Source of the DNA: Macrostomum lignano | Taxonomy: Eukaryota | Reading direction: 5' to 3' | Length of the DNA stretch: 64,000 nucleotides | Assembly: GCA_002269645.1 (NCBI GenBank) | Contig: NIVC01002363.1 | Location: 116,665-180,664 of the forward strand | Shown: positions 24,323 to 35,791 of the stretch, in pieces | Layout of the letters: every line of letters starts with the position of its first letter | Position numbering within the stretch: position 1 is the first letter of the stretch | Made by a program: the position numbers and the translations under genes | The notes under the pieces: generated by a model | Seen by the model: only the letters and a program-made list of their open reading frames with translations | What the model was told of the DNA's origin: nothing | The model's database searches: none

Positions 24323-24492
24323 ATTCAAAACCAACCTGGCCATCCTGAGCAGCAAGTCGTACGCCGCTCTCGCCGGAGGTCAAGCTGGACAGCGAGTCGG
24401 AGCCAACCAGGCTGACAGCTGGATGAATCGGGAGGCCACATCGACTGGGGCTGTTGGACGGTTTAATCGACAGAGCACCTTAGTTCGACTGG
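24323..24492 (+). CDS. ARM-repeat/FN3 protein, exon 16
   Basis: FKTNLAILSSKSYAAL..RQSTLVRL; CCGCAG acceptor, G|GTGAGT. Confidence 0.7.
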
Positions 24493-24519
24493 GTGAGTTG
24501 ATCGTGCCTCATGCCTCAA

Positions 24520-25482
24520 CTTGCGACTCGTTGCTGAACTCAATAATTTTGCTTTAGGGTGCCAAAATGAGTGCCTGCGGCGCCAAAATGAGTGCCTGCG
24601 GCGCCAAAATGAGTGCCTGAATGCGGCGCCAAAAATGAGTGCCTGAATGCGGCGCCAAAAATGAGTGCCTGAATGCGGCGCCAAAATGAGTGCCTGAATG
24701 CGGCGCCAAAAAAAGTGCCTGAATGCGGCGCCAAAATGAGTGCCTGAATGCGGCGCCAAAATGAGTGCCTGAATGCACCGCCAAAATGAGTGCCTGAATG
24801 CGGCGCCAAAATGAGTGCCTGAATGCGGCGCCAAAATGAGTGCCTGAATGCGGCGCCAAAATAAGTGCCTGAATGCGGCGCCAAAATGAGTGCCTGAATG
24901 CGGCGCCAAAATGAGTGCCTGAATGCGGCGCCAAAATGAGTGCCTGAATGCGGCGCCAAAATAAGTGCCTGAATGCGGCGCCAAAATGAGTGCCTGAATG
25001 CCGCGCCAAAATGAGTGCCTGAATGCGGCGCCAAAATGAGTGCCTGAATGCGGCGCCAAAATGAGTGCCTGCACCGCCAAAATGAGTGCCTGAATGCGGC
25101 GCCAAAAATGAGTGCCTGAATGCGGCGCCAAAATGAGTGCCTGAATGCGGCGCCAAAATGAGTGCCTGAATGCGGCGCCAAAATGAGTGCCTGAATGCGG
25201 CGCCAAAATGAGTGCCTGCACCGCCAAAATGAGTGCCTGAATGCGGCGCCAAAAATGAGTGCCTGAATGCGGCGCCAAAATGAGTGCCTGAATGCGGCGC
25301 CAAAATGAGTGCCTGAATGCGGCGCCAAAATGAGTGCCTGCGGCGCCAAAAATGAGTGCCTGCTGCGCCAAAATGAGTGCTAGCCACACCGATCCCCAAA
25401 ATAATTTAGAAATTTAGTCGATGTACATGTAGAATTCTTGGCTTTTTCTCCACCCACCATAAAATCCATGCCGAAGCCTCTG
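24520..25482 (-). mobile_element. One-end-truncated relative of the 2966-3329 MITE with an expanded 25/21-bp array (24565-25380)
   Basis: Both array flanks and one terminus are reverse-complement homologous to the intron-1 MITE of MASTL. Confidence 0.75.
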
Positions 25483-25884
25483 GAATTGTTTCTCAGTTTC
25501 TACCGTTTTGAATGAATTCTGATTTTAACATTCGTGTAACTATATTATGCAGTTGATGCAATTTTTGGTAAAACAATACGAGTGTAGAACCTTCAAAAAG
25601 TCATAATTGTGTCACCGTCACTAACATGCGTCTTGTGTAAAAAGGCCCTGATTAGCGATACGTTCTATAACAAAGCTCTGAGCATCCGATGACACCCACA
25701 ATTACTTGGTCAGTGAAGAAGACTTAGCTGATGAAAGTTTAAAAAAACTTTTTTAGAAAAACTATTAAGGAAATATCCCTATTCCTAGATGTATAGGTAG
25801 TAGCTAGAATGATTACAAACTACATGTAACACAGAAATGAAAGAGATTAACAAATCCCATGTTTATCGTTAATTATTTTTTCAG

Positions 25885-25958
25885 GCGGAATCAATCGCGA
25901 ACGAAGCGTTATGCAGACGAAACGGATGGACTTCCCATTAAAAAGTCAGCCTCAATGA
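25885..25958 (+). CDS. ARM-repeat/FN3 protein, exon 17 (terminal)
   Basis: TTTTTCAG acceptor; GINRERSVMQTKRMDFPLKSQPQ-TGA; total CDS 3120 nt. Confidence 0.62.
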
Positions 25959-26409
25959 TCTGACCGTAGTTAAACAAATATCCGTGTACATTTAAGCTAC
26001 GAGTTGCACTATTTTTTGTTTGCACTTGTGATTTTTATCGATTTTTCCAAACAGCTGCTGAGTAAATTGCCTTTTCTGTACTGCGAATTGGCACCATTAA
26101 GCAAGTACAATTGGCTCAATCCTCTTTTCAAATTGCGAGTAGCTATTTATAACAAACAGTTTGTAATAAGTATGTACTACCTAGCTATATTTGCAGACAT
26201 TATTGTTTTATGTTATTTGTGTTTTATGCAATTGCAGGATCATTTTCAGTTCGTGTGAATTTCGAATGGCACCATAATTGAATTTTTTCGGTTATTTTTT
26301 TCTTTTCATACACAAATCCGTGCTGAGAAATTACCTTCTGACTTGAGATTTTTCCTACATTTGCGCAATGTCATCTTTAGCCACAGATGGTCTGAAGTTT
26401 CAAATTTAT

Positions 26410-26530
26410 TTAGCGGTCTTGCTCAAGGCCACGAATTAATTGTTCCAAATGGGTTGAGAATCGAACCCCCGACCTTTAAGTCGTGAGTTCTTTTGATCAT
26501 CATTAGACACAGCATTAGTGGCTAGGATAT
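26410..26530 (-). mobile_element. Fragment of the same SINE family as 19545-19899
   Basis: GTCTTGCTCAAGG..TTGTTCCAA..GAGAATCGAACCCC..ACCTTT..TCGT shared. Confidence 0.5.
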
Positions 26531-27441
26531 TAAGTTGTGAGGTGCTTGTACGAGTTGTATTTTTCGTCTTTCCAGGCGCCATTTCTATTCCTATCTCCTT
26601 CTATACTTCTATACTTCTATACTATCTATACTTCTCCATCAGCCAAGTATCTGTCAGGTAAATAATTCATGAAAACGGCCCCAACACAAGAACTTCGCAG
26701 TTCGCAGGGTTGGACCAAGCGTCATGGTCATCTGATGGCAGTTAGTTTATCCTCTCGACTTTGATTGCGCCTTCCCTTCTGAGCCGACGATAGGCATGGG
26801 TATCCTTCAATTAAATGCATGCATAGCTAAGCGGAATGCATGACTTGCGCGAGTCGAGAGCGGTAGGCAGTGCCAGCCGTGCCATGCACCCAGTCAACGA
26901 GAAATAAGCTTTTTTTCTACTCCCTTCAACTCCGCAAGTTTTATGCCATACCGGAGATGACGCTATGATGAGAGCAGCTCTCTATACTCACTGGAGTGGA
27001 AATGCCTGGAAGCTAATTATTTATTTATTAGGTATGTACGAGCGTCTCTTAGCCGCATATCCCTAACGATGCTGCTGGCAGCAATGCCTCCCTATCCAGT
27101 TGATTATAGCATGGGCAACTGTTTGGTCTTAACGCAGCTCAACTATGCCTACCTGCTCCCATCTGACAGCTGCTCAGACTGCTTGATGAGTCCGTGCTGT
27201 TCGCAACTAGCTAGAGCTAAATCGCAATAATTGATTAAAAAATTGTTGGCCCCAACTGGAGCACCAGCTCATGTGACGATAATAGCGTGACAATGAGTCA
27301 GACACCATTGATCTCAAATCATGAGTTGATGCGAGTTAATTAAAATGAATATTTTTAGCCCACTGAGTAAACTGGCCATAACATGTTTACGCTGCTCTAA
27401 ACGCTGTGGCAAACCAGCTATCTAGTCTATACGAGCTACAT

Positions 27442-27510
27442 CAGAAGTCGGCAAACTTTTTGCCTCAAGGCCCAGATAGAAAATACAGCTCATGGCTGCG
27501 GGCCATGAAA
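27442..27510 (+). mobile_element. hAT-Charlie (MER58-like) terminal fragment
   Basis: CAG..GTCGGCAAACTTTTT..AAGGCCCAGATAG..TGCGGGCCA resembles the MER58 left end from memory; no right end found. Confidence 0.4.
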
Positions 27511-28010
27511 ATGTAATGAGAGAGGAAAGTAGAAAGGACAAAATATTAGAGTGAGATGAGAAAAAATGGGAGAGTAGAGAAGGAGAGAGGGGAGAGGAGA
27601 GGAGAGGAGAGACGGGGAGAGGAGAGTAGAGAGAGAGAGCCAGCTATCTAGTGTATACAATATACATCGATTTATATTAAAAAGAACTGAACAAAAGACG
27701 TTGATATAGCTTTTGTCAATATAAGATGATAGATTTTTTCTGGTCTGCTGTTGCGATGCCTCAATTCGCGGTTGGGCATTCAACCTTAGGCAAGGAAAAA
27801 CTTCATTTGAATATGTTTTTTTCACGGGATATACGGGTATTTGCTGTGTTTTTTGTTTAACTTCAATGTGTTTATACTACTCGAAGGTTATAGTTATAAC
27901 TATTATTCCTTCCAAGCCTATCAGTAGTTAGTTATTAGTTATTTAATATCCTTCAATGGCGAACCGGTCATTCGGGAGAAATTCCGCACTTTGACAACCC
28001 CGCGACTCGA

Positions 28011-28216
28011 TCACTGGTTGGAGTTGCCGAGGAAGCCGGACTGGACCAGGCGGCCAAACAGGGCGTAGGCCTCGCGGTAGGCCTCCTCGGGCATGCCATC
28101 CAGGATCAGGTCGATGACGCGGCCGTCCCTGGCGTACTCGAGCGTGAGGATGAGCTTCTCGGTCTGTTCGGGAGTCAGATGCACCTTAGCGGCGTAGTCG
28201 CGCACGTTGGGCTCCT
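28011..28216 (-). CDS. Prohormone-4/IDLSRF-like precursor, exon 6 of 6
   Basis: EEPNVRDYAAKVHL..ARDG..LVQSGFL matches the family C-terminus (ESQTIEDFGAALHL..VENG..LVNTGFLD). Confidence 0.8.
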
Positions 28217-28888
28217 CTGTAAAATGGAAAGGATTTAGTTTGCACCTTAAAGGCTGACTGTTCTGTTCTAATAGCTTCAGAGCTCAAATCAGAGTCAAGA
28301 GGAATGGGTAAAATATTCAGATGGGGCATCATAGGCAGAGACATAGTCAAGTTAAAACTCACTTCAGGAAACACCCCACTGACATCAACCGTTGTGGCGG
28401 GCTTAAGGTCCTACTCGTACCATTTAAGTATCGTTTCTAATGGCCAGATTTTGTTAAAAGATTTATAAGCTCGAAGTTGAACGTGACATTAGCAGCTATT
28501 CGTAGATCTATGATTTTTTTATTCACAAATAACTGGACTCAAATGATACGGATAGACTGATCGGTTAATCGACATACACGATCTTGCAAATCCAACATCC
28601 AACCAGTCCTAATTAATTAACTATAACTAGAGCAAGCTTAGTACCAAGATGAGCACCTAAATTATTAACTACTACCAATTTTCACGATTGAAGGTCCTGA
28701 AGAGTCCTACGGTTGACGATGATTGCTGATAGAAACTGAAAGAAACAATCAAAACTATGTTTCTTTTCTGTTTGAATCTCGGTTCAAATTCGATCGGAAA
28801 CAGTAAGACCTTTCTAAGAACTTCATGCTGCTACCAGGAATTTAAAAAAACGTTCCCATTATTCTAGTCAAGCTTCACGCAAACTCAC

Positions 28889-29002
28889 CGGTGAGCAGTT
28901 TAGACAGCTCTTTCGGAGTCCCTTCGCCAAGGACGCCGGGGATTAGCCAGTTATGAAAGCGTTGAATAAAGCCGGCCAGGATGACGCTAGCGGGACGGTC
29001 CT
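28889..29002 (-). CDS. Prohormone-4-like precursor, exon 5
   Basis: KDRPASVILAGF..LSKLLT; TTGCAG / GTGAGT; phases 1/1. Confidence 0.78.
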
Positions 29003-29622
29003 CTGCAAGGTTTGGAAGCAGTAGGATTGTTTTGTCTTAATACTCGTAATAATAATATTCACTAGAAGGTTGCGGACACCATAGCGCAACGCTTTTGGCG
29101 AACTCGTCGGACAACCAGCGCTGAGGCACATACAAGCGCGCCAATACCCGTACGAAGGCCTGCTCATACACGCGCTCACACAGGGTGCACAGTGGCCCCG
29201 AAGTTCTAATCGTCAGGCATGTACACTCTCTAAGCCTCATTGGGGTTGGCCCTCGCGGGTGTGAATTGAACGACAACCCGACCTTACTAACTTTCGTGCA
29301 CAAGCGCCGAACGAATGCGGCCGCGAACAGAATCGAACCAGATGTCGTGATGGCTCGAGAGTCAGACGCGTTTACCCCTCTTGATTAAGATGATTAAAAT
29401 AGCAAGCCTAACTGGGAAATTTTAGTACAAGCCGACTCTCAAGTACGTCTCAAGTCTCACGTGACTCTCAGCATTGGATCGTACTCGTAGTGATTCTTAT
29501 GGTAGCTTGATGTTGCTTTGCTTTGTAAGAATGTTTAAAAATGTTCATCATAAAGCTAAAAGTTACAGAAGCCAATTGATTGTGGGAAACTGGGATCACT
29601 CTGCAAAATCAGGGCCACTCAC

Positions 29623-29810
29623 TGGCGGTGCACAGAGCGCTGTCCTCATCGTATCCGTCGATGCAGTCGCTACGGCCGTCGCAGATGAAAGAGAAAGCCA
29701 GACACTGGCCGCTCTTGCAGGGCCAGGGTGCAGTTTTCGGACAGTCGTTGCCAGCTGGGTTCCCTGGTTTTGTATGAGGAGTAATGTTGTAATGAAGCAC
29801 TTTTGAACCT
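29623..29810 (-). CDS. Prohormone-4-like precursor, exon 4 (LDL-receptor class A domain)
   Basis: CPKTAPWPCKSGQCLAFSFICDGRSDCIDGYDEDSALCTA. Confidence 0.88.
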
Positions 29811-30235
29811 CTGTGGTTCTAGTAGTAAGTCGTGGACAGAACCAAGGTCTACAATGATGAAATCATCGTTCAAGGACCGCTAAAAGTATGCGGAGGCAAC
29901 ACGGGCTCCACCACAATTGACTACCGCTACTTGACAGCTTAGCTATAGTTGACTGACATTAACTTTGTACGAGCGTATCCCTTATTTGATAAGCCTGGTA
30001 TCTAGGAAACTAACTGGAAACTTTCTCACAAGCTCATTACTCTTGTTCTTTATCAAGCCATATCAGACCAAGCACAGACACTGGTCTCTTACGGCTGCTG
30101 GAAAGCACCAAAGTGTAATAAAGTTGTCAATTTGTGACAAGATCGGAAAAATCGTAATTCAGCATTCCTTTTTAAATCGAGGCCACAATGAATTTCAAGA
30201 ACTTTCAGGGCCTCGATTTCATTATGAAGACGCAC

Positions 30236-30342
30236 TTTTGCGAATCAAGAATAAGAAAGACATCAATCTTTCGAGGTTGATTTTCTTGATGGCTGATTAG
30301 AAAACGAAGCTGTATGGATGTCTGATGGAGCCGAGAGAAGCT
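30236..30342 (-). CDS. Prohormone-4-like precursor, exon 3 (SFSRL peptide region)
   Basis: CACTTTTAG acceptor, open frame SFSRLHQT..LDSQ(K), phases 0/2 bridge exons 2 and 4. Confidence 0.6.
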
Positions 30343-30489
30343 CTAAAAGTGAGAATAAATTCCATTTTTTACTTCAAAATCTTAGCTGGATATAAAAAAT
30401 ACCTGAGAAGACAGTCAGACGGAAGAAATTTCAGTTTCATTTCATCTTTCCAATGTAATTTTTATATCCGATTTGGGGGGGGCTCCGCT

Positions 30490-30700
30490 TCAGTTGCTAG
30501 GGGCGTCAATTCTGTTACTTAGGGCACCAATTCTGTTACTAGGGGCACCAATTCTGTTACTAGGGGGCACCAATTCAGTTGCTAGGGGGCACCAATTCAG
30601 TTGCTAGGGGCACCAATTCAGTTGCTAGGGGAATCATTTCTGTTACTAGGGGCACCGATTCAGTTGCTAAGACCGCCAATTTAGTTACTATGGTGACCAA
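30490..30700. repeat. 20-21-bp intronic minisatellite
   Basis: GTT(A/G)CTAGGGGCACCAATTC(T/A) copies. Confidence 0.85.
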
Positions 30701-31525
30701 ATTCAATTGATAGGATTGCCAATCCAATCAAAACGCTTACGTGCGAAGACGGCAGGTAAATATCAAAGATTCGACAGATTCTTAGCATGTTAATAGCAGT
30801 ATCACACACTTTAAAAAAATCATTCGAAAACTTGTAAACATATATATGTGACGCAAAAAGTGCATCAAATATTGGACCTAAGCAGGAATGTTTTTATGCA
30901 GACTGATTGTTGAATGGTTTAATTTTCAGCCTTTTAAAGAAGTTTGGTGGATTTTGGCTTCGTAAATGAAGATTTCGAAGATTAAGAATTTTTTATTCTC
31001 CTCGTCTACTTAATTATTGCAACGCTAACCATTCAAAAAACAGTCAATTTTGTTATAATGAAATTCTGTTAAACTCACTGTCGGATACATAATTGAACAA
31101 CCTAAAAAACTCTCATATCTTTTCTTAAGAACAATAAGATAAACAAATTTATAATCATTTTTGGAACACTTGAATAAAAGTTAAATTACAAAGTCATACT
31201 TTTTGTCTATTTATTACCAATATCGCATATCATAGCATAATATTCATTTTAAGTTCATTATATCACACAGCTTACAGTGTCCCGTTGTATCTGAAATTAA
31301 CCGACAACCGTCATCATTTATACTTTAAAAATAGATCAAACTAAGTAAAACTGAAATTCTAATTCAAACTGCCAGAACTGTGCAAATTAACCCCCCCCCC
31401 CCTAACTTCATTGTGAAGCTTTTATTCAAAGTTCTTATCTGCTGTACTTATTGAAGTTTAATTATTCTATTAAGTAATAGGTGCAATTGTAGATACACCG
31501 GAGTTTTTGTTTTACCTTTCTTTAC

Positions 31526-31605
31526 CAGAGGCTGCCGGTAACCAGTGACGCTTGCTAGAAGGCTCAGCAGTACCACGGTTGCTATGGTGATGCCTGTATC
31601 GGTGC
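31526..31605 (-). CDS. Prohormone-4-like precursor, exon 2 (signal peptide)
   Basis: ITIATVVLLSLLASVTG-YRQPL hydrophobic signal; TATTCCAG acceptor, CTG|GTAAAG donor. Confidence 0.68.
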
Positions 31606-31749
31606 CTGGAATAATTAAAATCGTTGAGACACCTTTAGTAATACTACTTCTATTATTGAAATTTATTGCATATAATGAATTTAATAAACGACCGCATTAC
31701 CTTTCATTGCTAAAAGTTTACTTATAGCTGTCAGTGGGTTGCAGTTTAC

Positions 31750-31795
31750 GAGTATTGAAACTATCAGCTTGGTCGAAGGTGAGAAGCATTTTCAT
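31750..31795 (-). CDS. Prohormone-4-like precursor, tentative exon 1
   Basis: ATG 31795 and C|GTAAAC donor give the required phase 1; no homology support. Confidence 0.35.
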
Positions 31796-31996
31796 TCCGT
31801 ATCATATATCAACCTGCAACGATATGGACTGCCATTCTGTTGGCAACTGCACTATTGGCTGTTCCACATCATTGGCTGATGTCTGATAAAATTTAAATTC
31901 ACGTGCTGCTGTAAAAAAAACTATATAGAATAATAAAACTAATCATGCTACTATCTTGTAGATAGTAGCGCTGTCAAGGAAAACCGGTCAAAAGTT

Positions 31997-33837
31997 GCAC
32001 CAGGGGCTTTAGCACCAGGGGCTTTAGCACCAGGGGCTTTAGCACCAGGGGCGCCAGCACCAGGGGCTTTAGCACCAGGGGCGCCAGCACCAGGGGCGCC
32101 AGCACCAGGGGCGCCAGCACCAGGGGCGCCAGCACCAGGGGCGCCAGCACCAGGGGCGCCAGCACCAGGGGCGCCAGCACCAGGGGCGCCAGCACCAGGG
32201 GCGCCAGCACCAGGGGCGCCAGCACCAGGGGCGCCAGCACCAGGGGCGCCAGCACCAGGGGCGCCAGCACCAGGGGCGCCAGCACCAGGGGCGCCAGCAC
32301 CAGGGGCGCCAGCACCAGGGGCGCCAGCACCAGGGGCGCCAGCACCAGGGGCTTTAGCACCAGGGGCGCCAGCACCAGGGGCGCCAGCACCAGGGGCGCC
32401 AGCACCAGGGGCGCCAGCACCAGGGGCGCCAGCACCAGGGGCGCCAGCACCAGGGGCGCCAGCACCAGGGGCGCCAGCACCAGGGGCGCCAGCACCAGGG
32501 GCGCCAGCACCAGGGGCTTTAGCACCAGGGGCTTTAGCACCAGGGGCGCCAGCACCAGGGGCTTTAGCACCAGGGGCGCCAGCACCAGGGGCGCCAGCAC
32601 CAGGGGCGCCAGCACCAGGGGCGCCAGCACCAGGGGCTTTAGCACCAGGGGCGCCAGCACCAGGGGCGCCAGCACCAGGGGCGCCAGCACCAGGGGCGCC
32701 AGCACCAGGGGCGCCAGCACCAGGGGCGCCAGCACCAGGGGCGCCAGCACCAGGGGCGCCAGCACCAGGGGCGCCAGCACCAGGGGCGCCAGCACCAGGG
32801 GCGCCAGCACCAGGGGCGCCAGCACCAGGGGCGCCAGCACCAGGGGCGCCAGCACCAGGGGCGCCAGCACCAGGGGCGCCAGCACCAGGGGCGCCAGCAC
32901 CAGGGGCGCCAGCACCAGGGGCGCCAGCACCAGGGGCGCCAGCACCAGGGGCGCCAGCACCAGGGGCGCCAGCACCAGGGGCGCCAGCACCAGGGGCGCC
33001 AGCACCAGGGGCGCCAGCACCAGGGGCGCCAGCACCAGGGGCGCCAGCACCAGGGGCGCCAGCACCAGGGGCGCCAGCACCAGGGGCGCCAGCACCAGGG
33101 GCGCCAGCACCAGGGGCGCCAGCACCAGGGGCGCCAGCACCAGGGGCGCCAGCACCAGGGGCTTTAGCACCAGGGGCTTTAGCACCAGGGGCGCCAGCAC
33201 CAGGGGCGCCAGCACCAGGGGCGCCAGCACCAGGGGCGCCAGCACCAGGGGCGCCAGCACCAGGGGCGCCAGCACCAGGGGCGCCAGCACCAGGGGCGCC
33301 AGCACCAGGGGCGCCAGCACCAGGGGCTTTAGCACCAGGGGCGCCAGCACCAGGGGCGCCAGCACCAGGGGCGCCAGCACCAGGGGCGCCAGCACCAGGG
33401 GCGCCAGCACCAGGGGCGCCAGCACCAGGGGCGCCAGCACCAGGGGCGCCAGCACCAGGGGCTTTAGCACCAGGGGCTTTAGCACCAGGGGCGCCAGCAC
33501 CAGGGGCGCCAGCACCAGGGGCGCCAGCACCAGGGGCTTTAGCAACAGGGGCGCCAGCACCAGGGGCTTTAGCACCAGGGGCGCCAGCACCAGGGGCGCC
33601 AGCACCAGGGGCGCCAGCACCAGGGGCGCCAGCACCAGGGGCGCCAGCACCAGGGGCGCCAGCACCAGGGGCGCCAGCACCAGGGGCGCCAGCACCAGGG
33701 GCGCCAGCACCAGGGGCGCCAGCACCAGGGGCGCCAGCACCAGGGGCGCCAGCACCAGGGGCGCCAGCACCAGGGGCGCCAGCACCAGGGGCGCCAGCAC
33801 CAGGGGCGCCAGCACCAGGGGCGCCAGCACCAGGGGC
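31997..33837. repeat. 15-bp satellite (~123 copies, GCACCAGGGGCGCCA; variant GCACCAGGGGCTTTA)
   Basis: Near-perfect tandem array; gives (GAPGA)n and (PLVLA)n ORFs. Confidence 0.95.
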
Positions 33838-34798
33838 ACTTGCCCAAGTTGGACTTTTCGGCTTCAGGGGCCTCATCTAGTCAGAAATACGATTTTGATA
33901 AGCTTGGTTTAGTGATCGAGCCAGTCTCTTAACATATGGTTAGCTTAAGCTTATCCCTTTCAAATTTTCGTCTTTTACTATCTATAATCAGGAATAGGCT
34001 TCTGACTGTTAGCCCACACTCATGTATTTATGCTACCATTGGTGACTTTCTGAATATCCAGTCAAAATGCCGATAAGATATTAGTTTCTGTACTCCGAAC
34101 ACTAGAAGTCAATGCTTAAGGCTGCGCTTCCACTTTAGCTCGTATTCTGCATCTAAAGTCCATATCTGCATCTACCCAGACGATCGATAATTTTTTGTCA
34201 CTGACTCACCGCCCCCTTATCCTTCAGTATTATGCACTGCATGGTTACGGCTGGGTACGCATTTATGTATCTGATAACTAAGGCCATCATAAACCAAACC
34301 AAGCTTTAGAGGCCTCAAGATAAAGCTTAGAATAAGACAGGCTCACCAAAAATCGGATCCGCGGAATTACCGCTAGCTTTTGCACTGCCGTTGTTGAATG
34401 GTTGCTTAAGAACTTTATCAAAACGAATGAAGAAACGTTGGTTCAGGTAGTGCTGCGACGGAAAGATTTTAAGCCATCGTTTGTCTTCAAAGTCTTGTCC
34501 TATTATTTTTCGAAATCTTGCTTCAAGGAGCACAAGAAGATGACTGCAATATGAATGCTGACCTATCATATTTCTGGCTTTCCCTGAAAACTTTTCAGCC
34601 AGTTGAAAAGAAAAGAAAGACCCTACTGCAATGGGCTGCCGCATACCGTGAAGCTAAGTTCGCTGCATTATCGGAACCAGCAGTGTGCAGCAAGACGTCT
34701 GAAACCGAGCCTGTGGCTGGAATGGAGGATGATGTTGAGTAGTTTCCGCAGGACCTCTAAAAACTGTGAGAACAAGGACAACTAAAGCAACATTTATA

Positions 34799-35210
34799 CA
34801 GGGCGCGACACTCACGTTTCATGGGAAAAGTTCTGAAGGCTACTTTAGATAAATATTTTTCTGGATACTACCGCTTGGCAATTAACATTTAGTTATATTG
34901 TTTATAGATTCTACACGGCTAATCGAACCCTTTGAATAGTTAGAAATGGAGTTTAAGGCACGTAACTACGAGCGTAATTTTAGATAGTAAGCTGGCATAC
35001 CTTGTTGAATAAAATGGGTTGCCTTAAGAAAGTGAAATTTTAAAAAATTAAGTAAAGCCAAAGCCGCAAATGCTATTATCTTAAAGGGGAATATAAATTT
35101 CGAAGGTCCCCGCGAAAAAAGACATTTCCACGTGCATTCCTACAAAAGTGACATTGTTTGGAAAAGTGGCCTTCAAAATATTTTCCATAGATTTTAAGTG
35201 TTGCGTCCTT
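34799..35210. mobile_element. Old degenerate MITE
   Basis: ~50-bp imperfect terminal inverted repeats (CAGGGCGCGACACT..GAAGGCTACTTT); no TSD. Confidence 0.45.
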
Positions 35211-35791
35211 CTACTTTAGTAGTCCATGTGTGAGAAGACAAGAATTACCCTAGGTAGATAGCAAGGTGAGAGCTTGCAGAAAAAAAATATTGGGCTCTTT
35301 TGGCAAGAAAAGTATTGCAATTTTTTATCTCTGTGCTCAACGCACAGTCTATGCAATCGAAGAGCTTAAAAATTAGAGCACTTACCTATAATCATCAGAA
35401 AACTTTAACTAAATATCGAGAAAATTTATTTTAAATGACGAAGTTCAACCAAATTTATTGACCTCCATGCAGTTTACTACTTATAGCAGCAGGTTACCTA
35501 GCAGCACCAAAACTATTTTCAAACGGAGTTCATAAGTTTACTTTAACTTTGCACTTTTTTAGTCCAGGAGCTTATGCACCTTGTGAGGATTTTTAGCTTC
35601 CCATCCTAGTTGGCTCTCAAATGCTAAGTATATTTACCAGGATTTCGAAATCAAGCATTTCAAGAGATTGTTTCCAGCGACGCGCAGTTCGAATGGACGC
35701 TGGCAGAGCCTTGGACTACAAGCGATGTTGTGACTGACTAAATGTCACTGGAATCTACGACAGAATGAAACTCCAACAAAGGAATATTTTC

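Noticed and set aside
30255-30280. Plus-strand KDINLSRL resembling the IDLSRF peptide
   Set aside because: Wrong strand for the prohormone gene; coincidental antisense reading of exon 3.
31951-33876. Collagen/silk-like 641-aa GAPGA protein
   Set aside because: No Gly-X-Y periodicity, no signal peptide, units identical at synonymous sites, several frames open; not listed as CDS.
34330-34790. Short ORFs with acidic tail (34518..34742)
   Set aside because: No recognisable motif and no splice connection to neighbouring genes; possibly a decayed transposon.
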